DNA of 63,622 bases, the filler included, from Dirinaria sp. TL-2023a (lineage: Eukaryota), in NCBI GenBank assembly GCA_051941275.1. It is 26 parts of 26 records of this genome, joined end to end, with 100 filler letters (N's around TTAATTAATTAA, not from the genome) between each part and the next. Parts side by side here need not be neighbours in the genome. Positions count along the whole stretch, not along the records: positions 1 to 2,389 come from JAVEBF010002296.1; positions 2,490 to 4,878 come from JAVEBF010002297.1; positions 4,979 to 7,367 come from JAVEBF010002298.1; positions 7,468 to 9,847 come from JAVEBF010002299.1; positions 9,948 to 12,323 come from JAVEBF010002300.1; positions 12,424 to 14,798 come from JAVEBF010002301.1; 20 more parts are not named here. The stretch is one strand, 5' to 3'. This document shows, piece by piece, positions 1 through 12,642 of this stretch. Positions within the stretch are counted from its first letter, which is position 1, and every line of letters begins with the position of its first letter. Both the position numbers and the translations under genes were made by a program. Below the pieces are notes generated by a model. It searched no databases. It was not told the DNA's origin and was given only the letters and a program-made list of their open reading frames with translations.

Positions 1-322
1 AGCTCCGGGTCCAGCATCTGCTTTTTCTTGCTCTCGTTGACGTTCGCGGAGCAAGCTGTAGATCTCGCTGTGCCTGAACATGGCGACTTGATCATCCGTC
101 AGGGTACGTTTGACGCCATCTGGATAGTAGCCGAGGCCGTCATCTTCGTCTTCCAGGTCTTGGGCAGAACTCTCTGGCACGGGCACATCATTGAAAATGC
201 GGGCTCGAAAGGCGAGGAGATCATTCTAACATTTCCTATCAATATTGGCTGCGAACGGTATTATTTAGATAGAGTCTACTGCGTACCGGCGTCACTGTTG
301 GAACTGACGAAATTGAAGCCAT
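1..322 (-). CDS. DUF3807-like conserved fungal protein, 3'-truncated (exons 322-287 and 225-1)
   Basis: Spliced translation MASISSVPTVTP|NDLLAFRARIF...EDEDDGLGYYPDGVKRTLTDDQVAMFRHSEIY. The GYYPDGVKRTLTD-FRHSE block is the one I recall for DUF3807. GT..AG intron at 286-226. Confidence 0.75.
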
Positions 323-989
323 TGCTGCAGGCATTGTCCCAGCCCATAGCTGAAGTAGACTTTTAAGTCATGCTGTTGAAGGGATTGTAAATATACAGGG
401 ACCCACAGAAGCGCAAGAAGTACCTGAGGTAAAGTAACTTTCGAGCCCGTTCCATGTTGACGCTCCAAGCGCGATTGACGCTTTCCGTAGCAACATTTTA
501 GGTTGAGGTAATGAGTATCTCAAGGTTAAGGGACCCATATGGTCAAGTGCAGGTCGCTCTAGGTGCCACCCAAGGATAAGTATGATCTAAGCTGTTGTCT
601 CGGGTTTACAGAGGTCGACGCCATAAAACTTAAGGTAGCTAGCGCTATGGATTCCAAGACGATGTTGTCTGGGCGACTACAGTTGCGCTATGCAAGCACA
701 GGTGAGACCCAGGTAGTAGTCTAGCTCGTTCAGGGGGAAATCTTGGGTGCTCTCCGGGGTGACCTCCAGTTAGTCGCAACTGGTGGGGTGATAAGGTAGC
801 TCTGTCAGTCGCGCGTGCCTGTAGCTCCTACCATGACGCAATACTCAATAACGCCTTCATCATCTTCTATCCCACCACCGCGCAATCCGACCTCGCGCTA
901 AGTCTCCAGGAGATTTTCCCATAAGGTTCTCTGGATTTATTTTCCCTCATCTAAGAGGCCATTGGAGCATATCAGACTGGACCACTAGC

Positions 990-1840
990 ATGGCTTTACC
1001 CCCAAAATTCGCTGGGCAGGCGTACTCATCCGATGTCCACCCAAAAGCAATCCACACGATTGAGCTCTGTGAGTTCCCCGCTATCTTCTGACGTGGATTA
1101 TCATCACTAACTTTCGCATGGACCTCGATTATGTCTGTCCTGTGTGTTTCCATCTGCCCCCTGTGGACTTTTTTGTCTGATCTATCTGACCTCCCCAGTT
1201 CTCGGCCAAGATGTTCAGCACTCTCTACTCTTCTATACTCCCAATCCTCCCTAAAAAGTACCCGGGTAAGGTGCAATTTCTTTTCCGCCAGCAGATCCAG
1301 CCTTGGCATCCCTCTTCAACCCTGGTGCACGAGGCTGGGGCCGCAGTCCTCCGCCTTGCCCCAGACAAATTTTGGGCTTTCAGCGCCAAGCTTTTCGAGC
1401 AGCAGAAACAGTACTTCGATGTTCATGTTGTCCGCGAGGTGAGGAATGACACATACAAACGCTTGGGGAAGCTGGCTGGAGAAGTGGGCGTCAGTGAGAA
1501 AGACGTATACGGACTACTAGAAGTGCCAGATAAAGAAGGAGATGACGGGAGTGCGAATGTTGGCAACAAGGTTACAGACGATGTTAAGCTGATGGTCAAG
1601 GTGAGTTCTCTTATAAAAGCCCCTATCTCGATTATGAGATATTACTAACCGTTGGTGCAGGCGAACCGATTAACAGGCGTCCATGTCACACCAACGGTTC
1701 TTTTCAACGTAAGTGCTGCAGAAGTAGTTCTACTAAAACATGTAGCTAATCGTTTGAATTAGGGTGTGGTTGAAAATAGCATCTCAAGTAGCTTCACTGC
1801 GCAGCAGTGGGAGGAGTGGCTGGATAAGAACGTGAAATAA
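990..1840 (+). CDS. Thioredoxin-fold (DsbA/Thioredoxin_4-like) protein; exons 990-1068, 1122-1141, 1199-1600, 1661-1708, 1763-1840
   Basis: MALPPKFAG...HTIELYLDYVCPFSAK (CxxS), QIQPWHPSSTLVHEA, GVHVTPTVLFNG. Introns 2-4 are GT..AG; intron 1 ends in GG (see findings). Confidence 0.85.
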
Positions 1841-2389
1841 GAAGCATGATGCACGGCAGCGTTTAAAATTAGATTTGAATTCTCTTCGAATTGCAGAAAG
1901 TGTGATTTCGATTTTTTGAACATTGGTCTACCATTTCGACACTCGCCCATGCAGAGGCAATGTTTGGAGTGGGCCGATCTCGTCTGCATATGTTTATGAT
2001 GTTCCCAATCGCCAACTCCTTCACGAAGTTAGTAGATCTTGAACCGCGCTATCTACGCATCAGTGCTCGTACCTCGGACAACGGTCTTTTCATACTAATC
2101 TTGGTTCTCCTCTGCTCTGAAATCGGTGGTGACCTCGTTGCCGCTTATCAGAACTGCCTTCGCCTTTGGGCACTGCTTCGACATACCATCACGTTGAAAG
2201 TTGAGTCTTTCAATTCAAAGATTTATCGTTAAGATTAGGTATAAACTAATTTATAGATTCGTGAAAGCGATGCAATAAAATGGTAGCTGCCTGTGGCTGC
2301 CTATATGATTAGAAAATGTGTGCCGAAGGACAGATGCAGAGCGGTAACAAGGCCTCAGAAGCGCGTATCCTTCCAATATTTCTCCACCG

Positions 2390-2489
2390 NNNNNNNNNNN
2401 NNNNNNNNNNNNNNNNNNNNNNNNNNNNNNNNNTTAATTAATTAANNNNNNNNNNNNNNNNNNNNNNNNNNNNNNNNNNNNNNNNNNNN
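2390..2489. other. Artificial contig linker N44-TTAATTAATTAA-N44 (first of 25, recurring about every 2.4-2.5 kb)
   Basis: Identical 100-nt spacer with stops in all six frames. Contig lengths fall from 2389 to 2312 bp without ever rising. Confidence 0.99.
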
Positions 2490-2505
2490 TTATCATATAT
2501 AGCGC

Positions 2506-3430
2506 CTAAAAGCAGACAAGCCAGCAAACAAATCCCTCAACTCCCTTCCCTTGGCTTTTAACCTCCTTATGCATCACCACGCTCAACACATGTTTCACGC
2601 TGTGCCGCGCCTGCATCGCCTCCATCCACCGTTTGAAGTGGAGATACCTCTCGACATCCCACGGCTGCTCCGTCGCGTCTTTCAGGACGTACCCGATCTG
2701 CAGGTTCCACATGACGAAGCCTCAGATCGGCGTAGGTGCATTTGTGGCCCACGAGACCAGGATCGGTGATACAGGACCGAGTCGAGCACCCGGACCAAGC
2801 GGTGGATCGCGTTGTTTGTCGCGGTCTTTGGCGGACTGGATTGGTTCTGGGTGGGAGGAGGCGAATTTGTCATTGGGGGGATTTCGGGTGGTCAGAAAGA
2901 TCGAGGTCTCTCTTTTGTGTTCATGTATGTGTATATGTGGGCTGGGGCACATTCTGCAGTCTGTCTTTGGCAAGGAGAGAGAGAGAGGGAACATAATAAG
3001 ACGGCGCACATATCACGCAGCTTGCTCAAAGTACGAACTCTGATCTGAGATCTGAAAAAAAGCTCACTGCTGAAGTTGAAAGATTTCGAGAGAAAGATGT
3101 AAATGAGAGCATGAGATTTTTCGTAGATCGTAATCAAATAAATCATAATAGCGCTGAATTCGAACAGCACGATATCGATGTTCAAGTAAATGAACGCCAT
3201 AAAAAACGTAAATTTGAGATCAGAGATTCATCATCATCATCAATATTGGGACTAGGATTCATGAAGCGTTTCTTTACCTGGAACTCTTCCATTTAGATTG
3301 ACGTTCGTGAAAGGTTCTCGCTTCAAGTCCTCTACCTCGACCCACGTTGATTCATATGGGAGACCAAGCTCTTCGAGGATTATGAGAACTTAAAACGAAT
3401 TTGAAACTTGGTCTGAAAAAGTTCTCGAGT
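2506..3430 (-). pseudogene. Glutathione S-transferase (Ure2p-like) pseudogene
   Basis: Pieces in order: VLIILEELGLPYES...NLNGRVP, NIDIVLFEFSAIMIYL, QQ*AFFQISDQSSYFEQAA* (from SGQGPYFGQAAW), HPEPIQSAKDR, LVGHKCTYADL, FVMWNLQ...HFKRWMEAMQARHSVK. At least 3 frameshifts plus in-frame stops. Confidence 0.85.
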
Positions 3431-4655
3431 CAGTGATCGCTGCTCGTCACATTTACTTTCGGGTTGTTTGATTCATACTCCTCCAGTAAAGTGTGACAGG
3501 CTTCATGACGGATTTGTTTTTTTTTCTCTCTTGGATATTGTTCAGAGTTTCCAGTCTGTGTTCAAGAAATGCGTGCACCAGTGCCGAATTCTAGGACAGC
3601 AGTGTAGAGTCGGCGGGAAAACCCGATCCATGATTATATTGGGGGGGGAGGGAAAAGGGGGCGGAACAATATCCACTCCGGAATCTTGGCTCAGCCCTAT
3701 CATAAGGCAGGTTTTCAACACAGCTTCAACCCGTGGTGACAGCAGCGAGGGAATTTGGTGTGTGTCCGGCGGGAAGAACTCGTCACACATCATCCGATTG
3801 GCATGCAGAGAAATGGCTGCCTCCATATATCGAGACCAATGCACAGGTGACCCATCATACCTATTCACGTAACTGATCACCCATGGAGCAAGCTAGGAAG
3901 ATGCCGCATATGGCTTTGGGAAAAGAGCTCCTTTGCCGCGCCGTGCGGCTGAGCAAGTCAGCTGTCTCAGGCTGCGGATGTATCTTGCAGTCAACGTAAG
4001 GTAAGGTAAGTACTGTTATATAAGGTAAGGTACCCAAAAAGGACCCTGTATCTTACCTATGTACTCGTACCTTACTTCGAGGCGAGCGGGAAGGGTTTGC
4101 CGCTCGCCGCCGCTAATCTGCCGCTTGCTGCCGTCAATGCTCAGCCAATCCTTATTCAAACCACCCTCGTAATACCTTACATGGGCATTCCATGTCACCA
4201 ATTGTTTTTCTTACAATTTGGGTAGATCGCATGCATCCCGATGCGTCCCAACATGAATTCCGGCTTGGACATGCTACCATTGCATCGCGTTCTAGTTTGC
4301 ATTTGAGGGCATGCACGCTACTCAAAAAGTGCGGTAGTACATACACGGTCCAGAACCGCGTGTCTTGGACAGGGTTGACTAGGCGCCTACAGCGTGAGAG
4401 GGTGTTATCGAGTGTGTCAAGGGGATTTGCAACGATCTTACTTGACTCTGCATGTGATCCCACTCCGCACTGGTGGCGCTGATCACGACAACCCAAGGGT
4501 TGGCTCGGATCCTTCCACGCCCGAGAGGACCCCTTCAGCAGTGGTAGCCTCGCCATGGTATTGTAAGATCGCCCGTCCTCCTGAGATTGGTGACCATGCC
4601 TCATATGCCCAGCATTGTGGCTGCAAAGTAAAGCCATCGCCACTCAACTGACTCC

Positions 4656-4878
4656 TCACCGCTGTGCCCGCCTGATCCTGGCATATGTTGCCTGCTTCTC
4701 CCAGAACCAGTAGATGTTCTGCTTTCCCCATTGAGGTGGATCCATTCCTGGAGCGCGCTCCAGATCAAAGCTCCACAGCAGCCTCGCCAGTATCAGTCGC
4801 ATCTCCAGGTAGGCAATCCCTCTCCCTGGGCAGTTATGGGCCCCAAGCGAGAAGGGCTGGAGCGCCTCTTTCCTGTCG
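4656..4878 (-). CDS. Cytochrome P450, C-terminal fragment (5'-truncated)
   Basis: Not in the ORF track. Translates DRKEALQPFSLGAHNCPGRGIAYLEMRLILARLLWSFDL...WEKQ, containing the heme-binding FxxGxxxCxG motif. Confidence 0.9.
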
Positions 4879-5559
4879 NNNNNNNNNNNNNNNNNNNNNN
4901 NNNNNNNNNNNNNNNNNNNNNNTTAATTAATTAANNNNNNNNNNNNNNNNNNNNNNNNNNNNNNNNNNNNNNNNNNNNTGACTGGACAGATCTTTGTCCA
5001 CAGGGCCTGAATAGTCCACCCTTTTCAAGCTTAGACGGCTAGGGCGCCGCCGGGGGGAGCTGGAATGCAATGGGATCTGTTTCAGCGCAAGTCTGTGATG
5101 GTGGTGGTGGTGGTGGTAGTGGTGGTGGCTGTATCAACTTCTTAAGTACTTTGCTAACCACCAAATCTGTGTCCATAGTGTCTATATTGTAATCTTACGT
5201 AGTTCTTCTCTTATCTTTTTTTCACTCGCTGCCTCAGCAAGTCCATTCGTTTCTTCCCGCCCTCTCGTGGCTATGGCTTTCGCTTTCTTGCTGGAGGTGC
5301 TACTATTCGTTTCCTGCGGGCTTGCTGTGTCTAGTGAGTAAAGTCGTTTCCGAAAAGAGGGCTGCACATTTGATTTATGTTCTTGCAATCCGGGCCTTTG
5401 GATGCCCTATACGAGGGCGCTTCTGCGAATATCATGTATCAAAAAAGAAATCACAGATGTGTTTTTGTTGAATTCTACTTAGCTAATGATCATTCTTTCT
5501 AGCAATTAACACTAGAACCATTGAAGTTGATGCTGAAAATGCACGAATATCGATTCCTT

Positions 5560-7367
5560 TACATCCAACATTTGCCAACTCGACAACTGTTGTGGCAACA
5601 GTAACGTCATGTCAAGAAGAAGCTGGTTCAACTTTGGGCTGTAAGCCCGTCCTGACCACACAAGTCCAATCGCCACCACTTCCCGGCATGAAATCCTGCC
5701 CACGCTGCCTTGTTGTAGTGAGCAGGGTTGAGCTACTTTATTTCCCTCCACCCGCGACTCTCTCAGGCGTGGCTGGCATAAGCAGTGGCCCGCCACAGTC
5801 CCTTGCTTCGATAGCAATTTCCGATGGTTATACCTTGTGAGTTACCGTCGTGAGCCTGTTTCAATCGCTCCTAATTAATTTCAAGCACTTCACCATCGGT
5901 CTACGCTGTCTATGAGTCAGTCAGTGCTCATCCTGGGTGTGATGACGACCACACCGTCGGTCATTTCCATAGTGCTATGTAAGATGCAGAACAGCGGCCT
6001 GCATATGAGAGATGCTAACGCGTATAACTTACAGAACTATGGCTTACAGTGAGTCGGCTTTTCTCAACTATCAATGCGGCCATCATGGCATATATGGCCG
6101 TGCTAAAAGCGCAGCGTTAATGACCAGAATTCTCAAACAGATCCAGAATCGGTCTCGATCAATTACTGCGACGTTGGTCATGATGGGACAGGCACAGAGC
6201 TAGCTTGGCGCCCACTTAATGTGACTGAGCTCGCTCATCCTTATCCTAACAACGAGCTGGCGTCGAGGTTCGGATGCTCTAACATCCCGCAGGCTCCTGC
6301 GAACAACCTTACCATTATGAATCAGGCTATCTATTCTCTACCACTAGGTCTTACGAGTGCGGATCCCTCGTGGAAGAGCTGCGACGTGGACGTGATGGCT
6401 AGTGATCCACCAAGAAGTTTGACAAGGGTAGCTGGAATGGTGCCACCTACGACACTTCCAGCTTCGCCATCACCCATTAAGCCAGCGGCTCGAATCAGCC
6501 CTCAGCCTACGCCTACGAGAAGGCCCGCTGCAAATCCAATACCAACTAATGATCCACCTGTGCAGAATCAGCCAGTCAATCCTAGTTCCAGGCCGAGTTC
6601 GACCTTGAACAATGCACCAGCCGTCCCGGGCGAGCCCCCAGCTTCAAAAGCTGGAGATCCTACTGCAAATTCAATACCATCTGGAGCAGATGCTTTGGAT
6701 CCTCTCAACATGCTGCCGTCATCCAAAGCTGACCCGGACCCAAGCACGAAAGCTTCAGTGCAGAAGGGTTCGAGTCAGGCTAAGACTGGACCTGGCGGTA
6801 GAGATCAGGGTTCAAACAGTCCTAATCCTCACACTGACCATCACGATCAGCCATCGACTACATCATCTAGCTCGGGCCAAAGCGGAGCAGATGAGGACCC
6901 AGACACTCCCCATTCCGATCCCAGTCCTCATGATCAGCAGCCTTCTCATTCCACTACCTCACGTCACAGACCAGGTGCTTCTGCCGATTCCGACTCACCC
7001 AACCAACCACCTCCTGGCTCAAACCAAGAAAATGGTGAACAGATTTCAACAAAGTCGTCAGGTTCAGATACAACGGATCCAACGGATCCGATTCTATCCA
7101 ATGAAGCGCATATACAAGGGACTCAATTGCCAAAGCAAAACGACCATCCTCAACCTACGACTCCTGTTGTCATTGGAGAGCAAACATTCTCCCCAGGCCC
7201 CATTCCTATCACCGTTGCTGGTGCAACCCATTCTATTGCCGCGCCTGCTGGAAACATACTTTTCAACGGCCAGACGTGGTCCCAGCCTGTCCAACTACAG
7301 CCACTACCTGTACGTCCTCCCTCCGTCCTCTCCATTGGCTCCCACCGCATTCCATGCAGTACAGATT
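5560..7367 (+). CDS. Multi-exon mucin-like/cell-surface protein (Cys-containing domain then Ser/Thr/Pro-rich stalk), partial; 5' boundary uncertain
   Basis: CPRCLVVVSRVELLYFPP...DGYT|FTSPSVYAVY, DPSWKSC...DPPRSL, then a long P/S/T/D-rich region and GEQTFSPGPIPITVAG. GT..AG intron at about 5837-5885. Confidence 0.55.
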
Positions 7368-7675
7368 NNNNNNNNNNNNNNNNNNNNNNNNNNNNNNNNN
7401 NNNNNNNNNNNTTAATTAATTAANNNNNNNNNNNNNNNNNNNNNNNNNNNNNNNNNNNNNNNNNNNNCAAGACTGGAGGGTTCTTTTTGGGGGTTTTTGA
7501 GTAAGCTCAGATTTGAAAGAGGAGGGTTGGTTTTTGATGTATATATGTATTTTTTTTTTTTTGAAATGTTAGATAGCTAGGAAGGGTGATGGAAAAGATG
7601 TGAACGGAAAACCCGTTTTTTTTTCAAAGTTTGAGTTTGAATTGCGGGATGAGAGTGAGTCTTTTTCCTTGGATT

Positions 7676-7676
<1 letters not shown>

Positions 7677-7720
<44 letters not shown>
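7677..7720. repeat. (GT)22 microsatellite
   Basis: Read directly from the sequence. Confidence 0.95.
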
Positions 7721-7723
<3 letters not shown>

Positions 7724-8658
7724 AAGATACCCTACCCTCGGTCCTCAAACCCCTCCCTCCCTTATCTACAGTAGGATAGGAATTTGGGGTCCGAATACCT
7801 TAGGATCATGTGTGGATGCAGATGAAATGATATGGAAGGATTTAAAGGGATTTTTTTAGCTTGAAGAGTCTGGAATCTGGGGGGTTTGTGGGAGGAGGAA
7901 TAAAACCCTATTCCAGCCCTGGATACCTTAGGTACATGTAACGCATGTACCGGATGGTTTTGGTGAGTACATGCGACGACATGTATGAGGGATCTGCAAT
8001 ATCCCGAAGATAACCCAGCTCCCAGACATGTAATTATTAATGAGGTAGATTGCACACATTTTTGGATTTAGTGTCCAATCTAAATCCTCGCCGAGGCCCC
8101 GGGGGGGGGCAGTGGTTAATGTGGGATGTACCTTGAGAAGGGAGCAATTCGATTTTTCGAGCTTTAAGGGAAGAAGAAGATTAGATTTGATTGAGTAATT
8201 CGCTCTAGAAATTTTTTTTTTGGGTTTTTTCTAGGCTAAGTAAGGCAAGTATATCTGACCTTCATACACACACACATACCAAGACAGGGAATAATAATGC
8301 CGCGATACTTCCTGGATCCATGAAAAAGCAAAAAAGAGAGCGCAATTGATCAATCCAAAACTGTTCCCAGTCCCTGTCCCTTGTAAACCCATCCAGCCAA
8401 GGAAATCTAACCGTCCCGTTTGTATTATGACCCCACCCAGCACTTGGAAAGGAGATGCACGCTGTTTAGAAAAGAATTTTCCCCTCTGGAACGCCGTTGC
8501 TGAAATGCCGCTTGAAGCCCAAAAAAAAAAAAAAAAGACGAAAAAAATTCCATTGGGTATGATCCGATTGTTCCCCCCTTGAGCTCTTCAATTGTTTTCA
8601 TTGGCTATGCCCGTGCATATCGAACGTGACTGGCGACTTTACGAAGCCAATGGACGTT

Positions 8659-8898
8659 TTATTGGTGGTACCGTGGGTCGTGGTATTTGCTCCGCACAGT
8701 AGGGTCTTTCGAGCGCGAGCTGTTATTGTGCACGTCCACACCCTGGGCCCGCGAGCTCGATGAGCCGGAGCTCGAGGAGCCGGAGCTCGAGTATTGATAT
8801 GTGGTCGAGGATTTCTTGGGCGGCGAGTAGGCGGAGGATGAGCGTGAGCTGGAGGAGGACAGCGAGGAGTAGCTATCGCGGTTGTTGTAGGATGACAT
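8659..8898 (-). CDS. Small Ser-rich hypothetical protein (79 aa)
   Basis: ATG start MSSYNNRDSYSS..., GC-rich coding-like composition, TATAAATA upstream on the minus strand near 9345. Confidence 0.4.
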   Translation of the reverse strand: MSSYNNRDSYSSLSSSSSRSSSAYSPPKKSSTTYQYSSSGSSSSGSSSSRAQGVDVHNNSSRSKDPTVRSKYHDPRYHQ

Positions 8899-9956
8899 CG
8901 TTGCGGCTTTCTTCGGCAAGGATGCGAAGTGGCGTTGAGGAGGGAGACGGGGCAGTTGGATGGCTAGGGTCTTTGCTCGGGATGGGAGGATGAATCGAGG
9001 CGGTGGCGGGAGATGCTGTCGAGGACGGGAGTGGAATGTGGCGAGGTTGGATATGTAGGTTGATGAACGATGAGGAGGCTTTGAAGGTTGATGGAGGGTA
9101 GTGGGATGATGGATACTGGACGCCAATTCCCGAGGACGAAGGGGGGCCCTTGGAGAACGAGGAAAGTCGATTGGCTATGCGCGAAGTGCGTGGAGCTCAA
9201 TCGGTCACGGTCAATTGCTTGGTGGTGACGACAGTGAGGTAGGAATGGAGGAAGAGGAGTGAGGATTTAAAAAAAAAAGTATTAATTGTTGGAAGGATGT
9301 CGATAATGTTTAGGATATTCTGTAGGATGGGACGCCTGGAGTATTTATACTCGGCTGGCAATTGGAAGCCTGAGGGCTGAGATAATTTCGAATTGGTTCT
9401 GCGCTGAAACGATTGAGGCTCAACGACTGGGGGCTATGCAGGTACACAGGAGAAAAAGAAAAAAAGAGAATAATAGAGAAAAGGAGACGTTTTAAGTAGC
9501 TCAGGCTCTGCGAGATAGACCTACAACAGTGACTCTTGTGCTGCCTGGGGCTAATTAGGTCCCAAGTCGCCGTGAGTCCTGAATCAACAGGCTACAACTC
9601 CCGATCAGGACTAGCGCAGGCAGAAACAGCTGCTAACAGGCAATAAACAACCAGGTGAAACGGGAGACAGGGAGAAAGCAGAAACAAGACGAATAGCGGG
9701 CGGCGGAGATGAAGAGTCATAAGTACGTGGAAGGCCTTCGAACCTTCGAGGGTCCACTTTTGGCCGTTTGGCTGGTCGAGTGGAAAACTGAGCCGCGGCG
9801 CAGGAAGGGCATCCCCACACAGACAAGGCAGATCAAGCGGTCGATGTNNNNNNNNNNNNNNNNNNNNNNNNNNNNNNNNNNNNNNNNNNNNTTAATTAAT
9901 TAANNNNNNNNNNNNNNNNNNNNNNNNNNNNNNNNNNNNNNNNNNNNCACCCTCCC

Positions 9957-10472
9957 TTACTCCACATCTTTAACAACCCTTCCCCACGACGCGGGAAACT
10001 TCTCACTAAACGGCGATCCACAGAGACTTCTCAGATCCTCCGAGGTCCGTTCCAGACTCAGTGAATCCTTTTTTGTAACAGCAACAACATCCGCATTATT
10101 CGTAGTTGAAGTCCGAGGACTAGCACCAGTCTGCTGCTCCGCCTGCGCAGCAGGATCCTTAGAACAATAACTCGGCGGCACACTGAACGTCCTCTCAGCT
10201 ACAAAACCATCTTGATCTTGATCGCGGAGCTCCTGTGTAGATAGGGACCGCAAAGCCTCGATATTGCGTTGGTTTGCCATCTCGATATCAGCCTGCAGCT
10301 GCGCCTGTTTGCGTCTGTCTTGCCGTTTTTCATGCAGGATCTGCAGGGCCACGGAACCGAGGATTAAGGCTGTGAAGAGCAGGATGGCGGTGATGAGGAT
10401 TGTGATGTCTTTTTTGCTGAAGCAGGATTGGCCGTCGCCGATGCCGTCGCAGACGGATGAGGGGGTGGACAT
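9957..10472 (-). CDS. Single-pass membrane hypothetical protein (171 aa)
   Basis: Hydrophobic segment ITILITAILLFTALILGSVALQIL followed by a basic stretch and a PPSY motif. A-rich context before the ATG. Confidence 0.6.
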   Translation of the reverse strand: MSTPSSVCDGIGDGQSCFSKKDITILITAILLFTALILGSVALQILHEKRQDRRKQAQLQADIEMANQRNIEALRSLSTQELRDQDQDGFVAERTFSVPPSYCSKDPAAQAEQQTGASPRTSTTNNADVVAVTKKDSLSLERTSEDLRSLCGSPFSEKFPASWGRVVKDVE

Positions 10473-10949
10473 TTTGCTTTTTTTTTTTTTTTTTTTGGGT
10501 GAGGGGTTTTGATGGGATGGGATTGATTGGAGAGGTGGGTTTGAGTGGTGCAGGATGCTGCGTGTCTACACGCGCTATTTGGATGTCTTTTTGATGGGAG
10601 GAGTATTGGTGGCTGCTGGCTTGGGGATATAAGGTGGATAAAAGGGCGTGTTGAGTCTTGGGACAAAGGGTTTTGACTTAGTGGATTGTAACAAAGGCCT
10701 TGTTTGAGAGAGAAAGAAGGGGGATTCAGTCCTAAGACGCAATATCCTTTGTTTGAAAATAGTATACACGATCCTAAAGAGAGGATGTTGACGCGAAGAT
10801 TGAAGGAGGATTTGCAGAGTCTAAAGACCATCCGTTTTCGTTTGAGCTCGAAAATCATGGCCTTTATGGCATAATACAGTGATCTTGTTACCTTTCGTAG
10901 AAGTGGTCGCAGGCTCTGAAAGGACGAGTGGTATATCTCATAACACGCT

Positions 10950-11539
10950 CTAATTATCAGCTGTCTGATTAGAAGCGCTACTCATATCGCCAATTGCGAT
11001 CTCGTAACGTTCCGTCGGTACGGAGATCCAGAACTGGAATTCGACTCCCCACTGAGACATCGTAGACAGCGCATCAAATTGCTCAAGCAACATTGTCCAA
11101 GTAAATTTGTCGCCGGGGAAAAGGTTCAACTCGACGTCGTCATGGCGCCAGGTCCACCTCCTTGAAGCACTGCCCATTGATTCGCCCCCCGCACCAATGT
11201 TGGTATGCTCTGTAGCAGCTAGCAGCATGGCCATGGCACAGTTCCAAGCATTGTCGTAGTCAATGTGGCCTCGATAACGGTAAAACACGGTGGTCGTAAC
11301 CTTTCCATTTTCGTGCCAAATGTAAGGGTCGGGCCACATGTGTCTGAGCATCGTTAGTGACTTCTGAAACGGTGCGAGATATACAAAACCAACAATCTCG
11401 ACGGTTTTGCGAGTGTTCTATTGGTGTGGATTGTGAGGTTGCGAATATCGTGGAATGACTGGATCGATGTCGGAAGGATGACTGCCGTTGCGAATGCCAA
11501 AGTGGCTACAATGATGGACATGCAACTGCGGAGAGACAT
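10950..11539 (-). CDS. Small secreted protein, two exons (11539-11395, 11344-10950)
   Basis: Signal peptide MSLRSCMSIIVATLAFATA; intron GTTGGT..CTAAC..CAG; mature part WPDPY...FTWTML...EFQF...IAIGDM. Confidence 0.7.
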
Positions 11540-12423
11540 TATTGCTAGTCATTTTATGACTCGGAGCTGAGGTTTGAATTCCAAAAACAAAGCTGCTCTT
11601 GCGTAAACAGATCGGACGTGGGGTTTGTCGCTCGATCTGCTCTTCCGCTATTATTTAAGCGTGGGCTGCTCCGGAGAAGGAATGTCGCGTAGTACCCCGT
11701 AGTCCATGAGATAGCCGCACAGCAATCTGGAAGAGAAATAAAGTCATTGACGTCGCTTATCGAAGATACAACGGACGCACATATAGCCGCGCCATAGCCC
11801 TAGGTAGATTGATCTGCCAAATAATGGAAACACGCACGTCTGAAACGCTCTTTTTCTGATTCCCTACAAACCTTTTGACCATGCAAAAAGTATTTTACTA
11901 CCACCGAGCGGGCCGTACATTCTTTGCGCAATCATGACTGTACTTGATCGACTCGCGGAATTCCCGAACTCGGACCTTGCAGAATCACATATCGTCTAAG
12001 GAAGGGCTGAGAAAATGTGAGAGTTGAGATTTAAGAAATGTCAACGCCTCCTAGAGCAGTCAACGAGCGCCTGCATTATGAAAAAATTATGTGTGATTTA
12101 TGAAAACCGGCTTTGAGACTTGACCTTACAATACTACCCTGACGGCACACCTCTATCATTGCTTCCTGGGGAGTCCTATACACCAGGTCCATACTTCATC
12201 CTGCGTCGCATCTTAAGCCCCAAGAAAGCCAGTAGTGCAACGGCTCCGACGACAAAAATGATGAATACGATAAGGGTATAGGTGATGCAGTGCTAAAGTA
12301 CGACAATGTCAGCACTTTTTCTCNNNNNNNNNNNNNNNNNNNNNNNNNNNNNNNNNNNNNNNNNNNNTTAATTAATTAANNNNNNNNNNNNNNNNNNNNN
12401 NNNNNNNNNNNNNNNNNNNNNNN

Positions 12424-12642
12424 TTCATGATCCAGCTCTTGGAGTTGTCTTTCGAGTTCGTGGAGCTCGCTCTGTTGGTACAGCAGATTACGTGCACTCA
12501 ATCGCTCGAACCTTCGGTATATAGCTGCGTCTCGGTCTCGAGCGATGAATTCCGCAAACGTGGGGTAGCCTCCTAGCTGTCGCGGAGAGCTAGACTGTTC
12601 TGCTAGCTCGATGTCTACATTTTGCGCTCGTCGTTGAAACAT
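12424..12642 (-). CDS. DUF6594-like protein, N-terminal part (3'-truncated)
   Basis: GYPTFAEFIARDRDAAIYRRFERLSARNLLYQQSELHELE matches the recalled GYP-x-FRRF-L-ARNLLYLQ-EL pattern. Confidence 0.8.
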
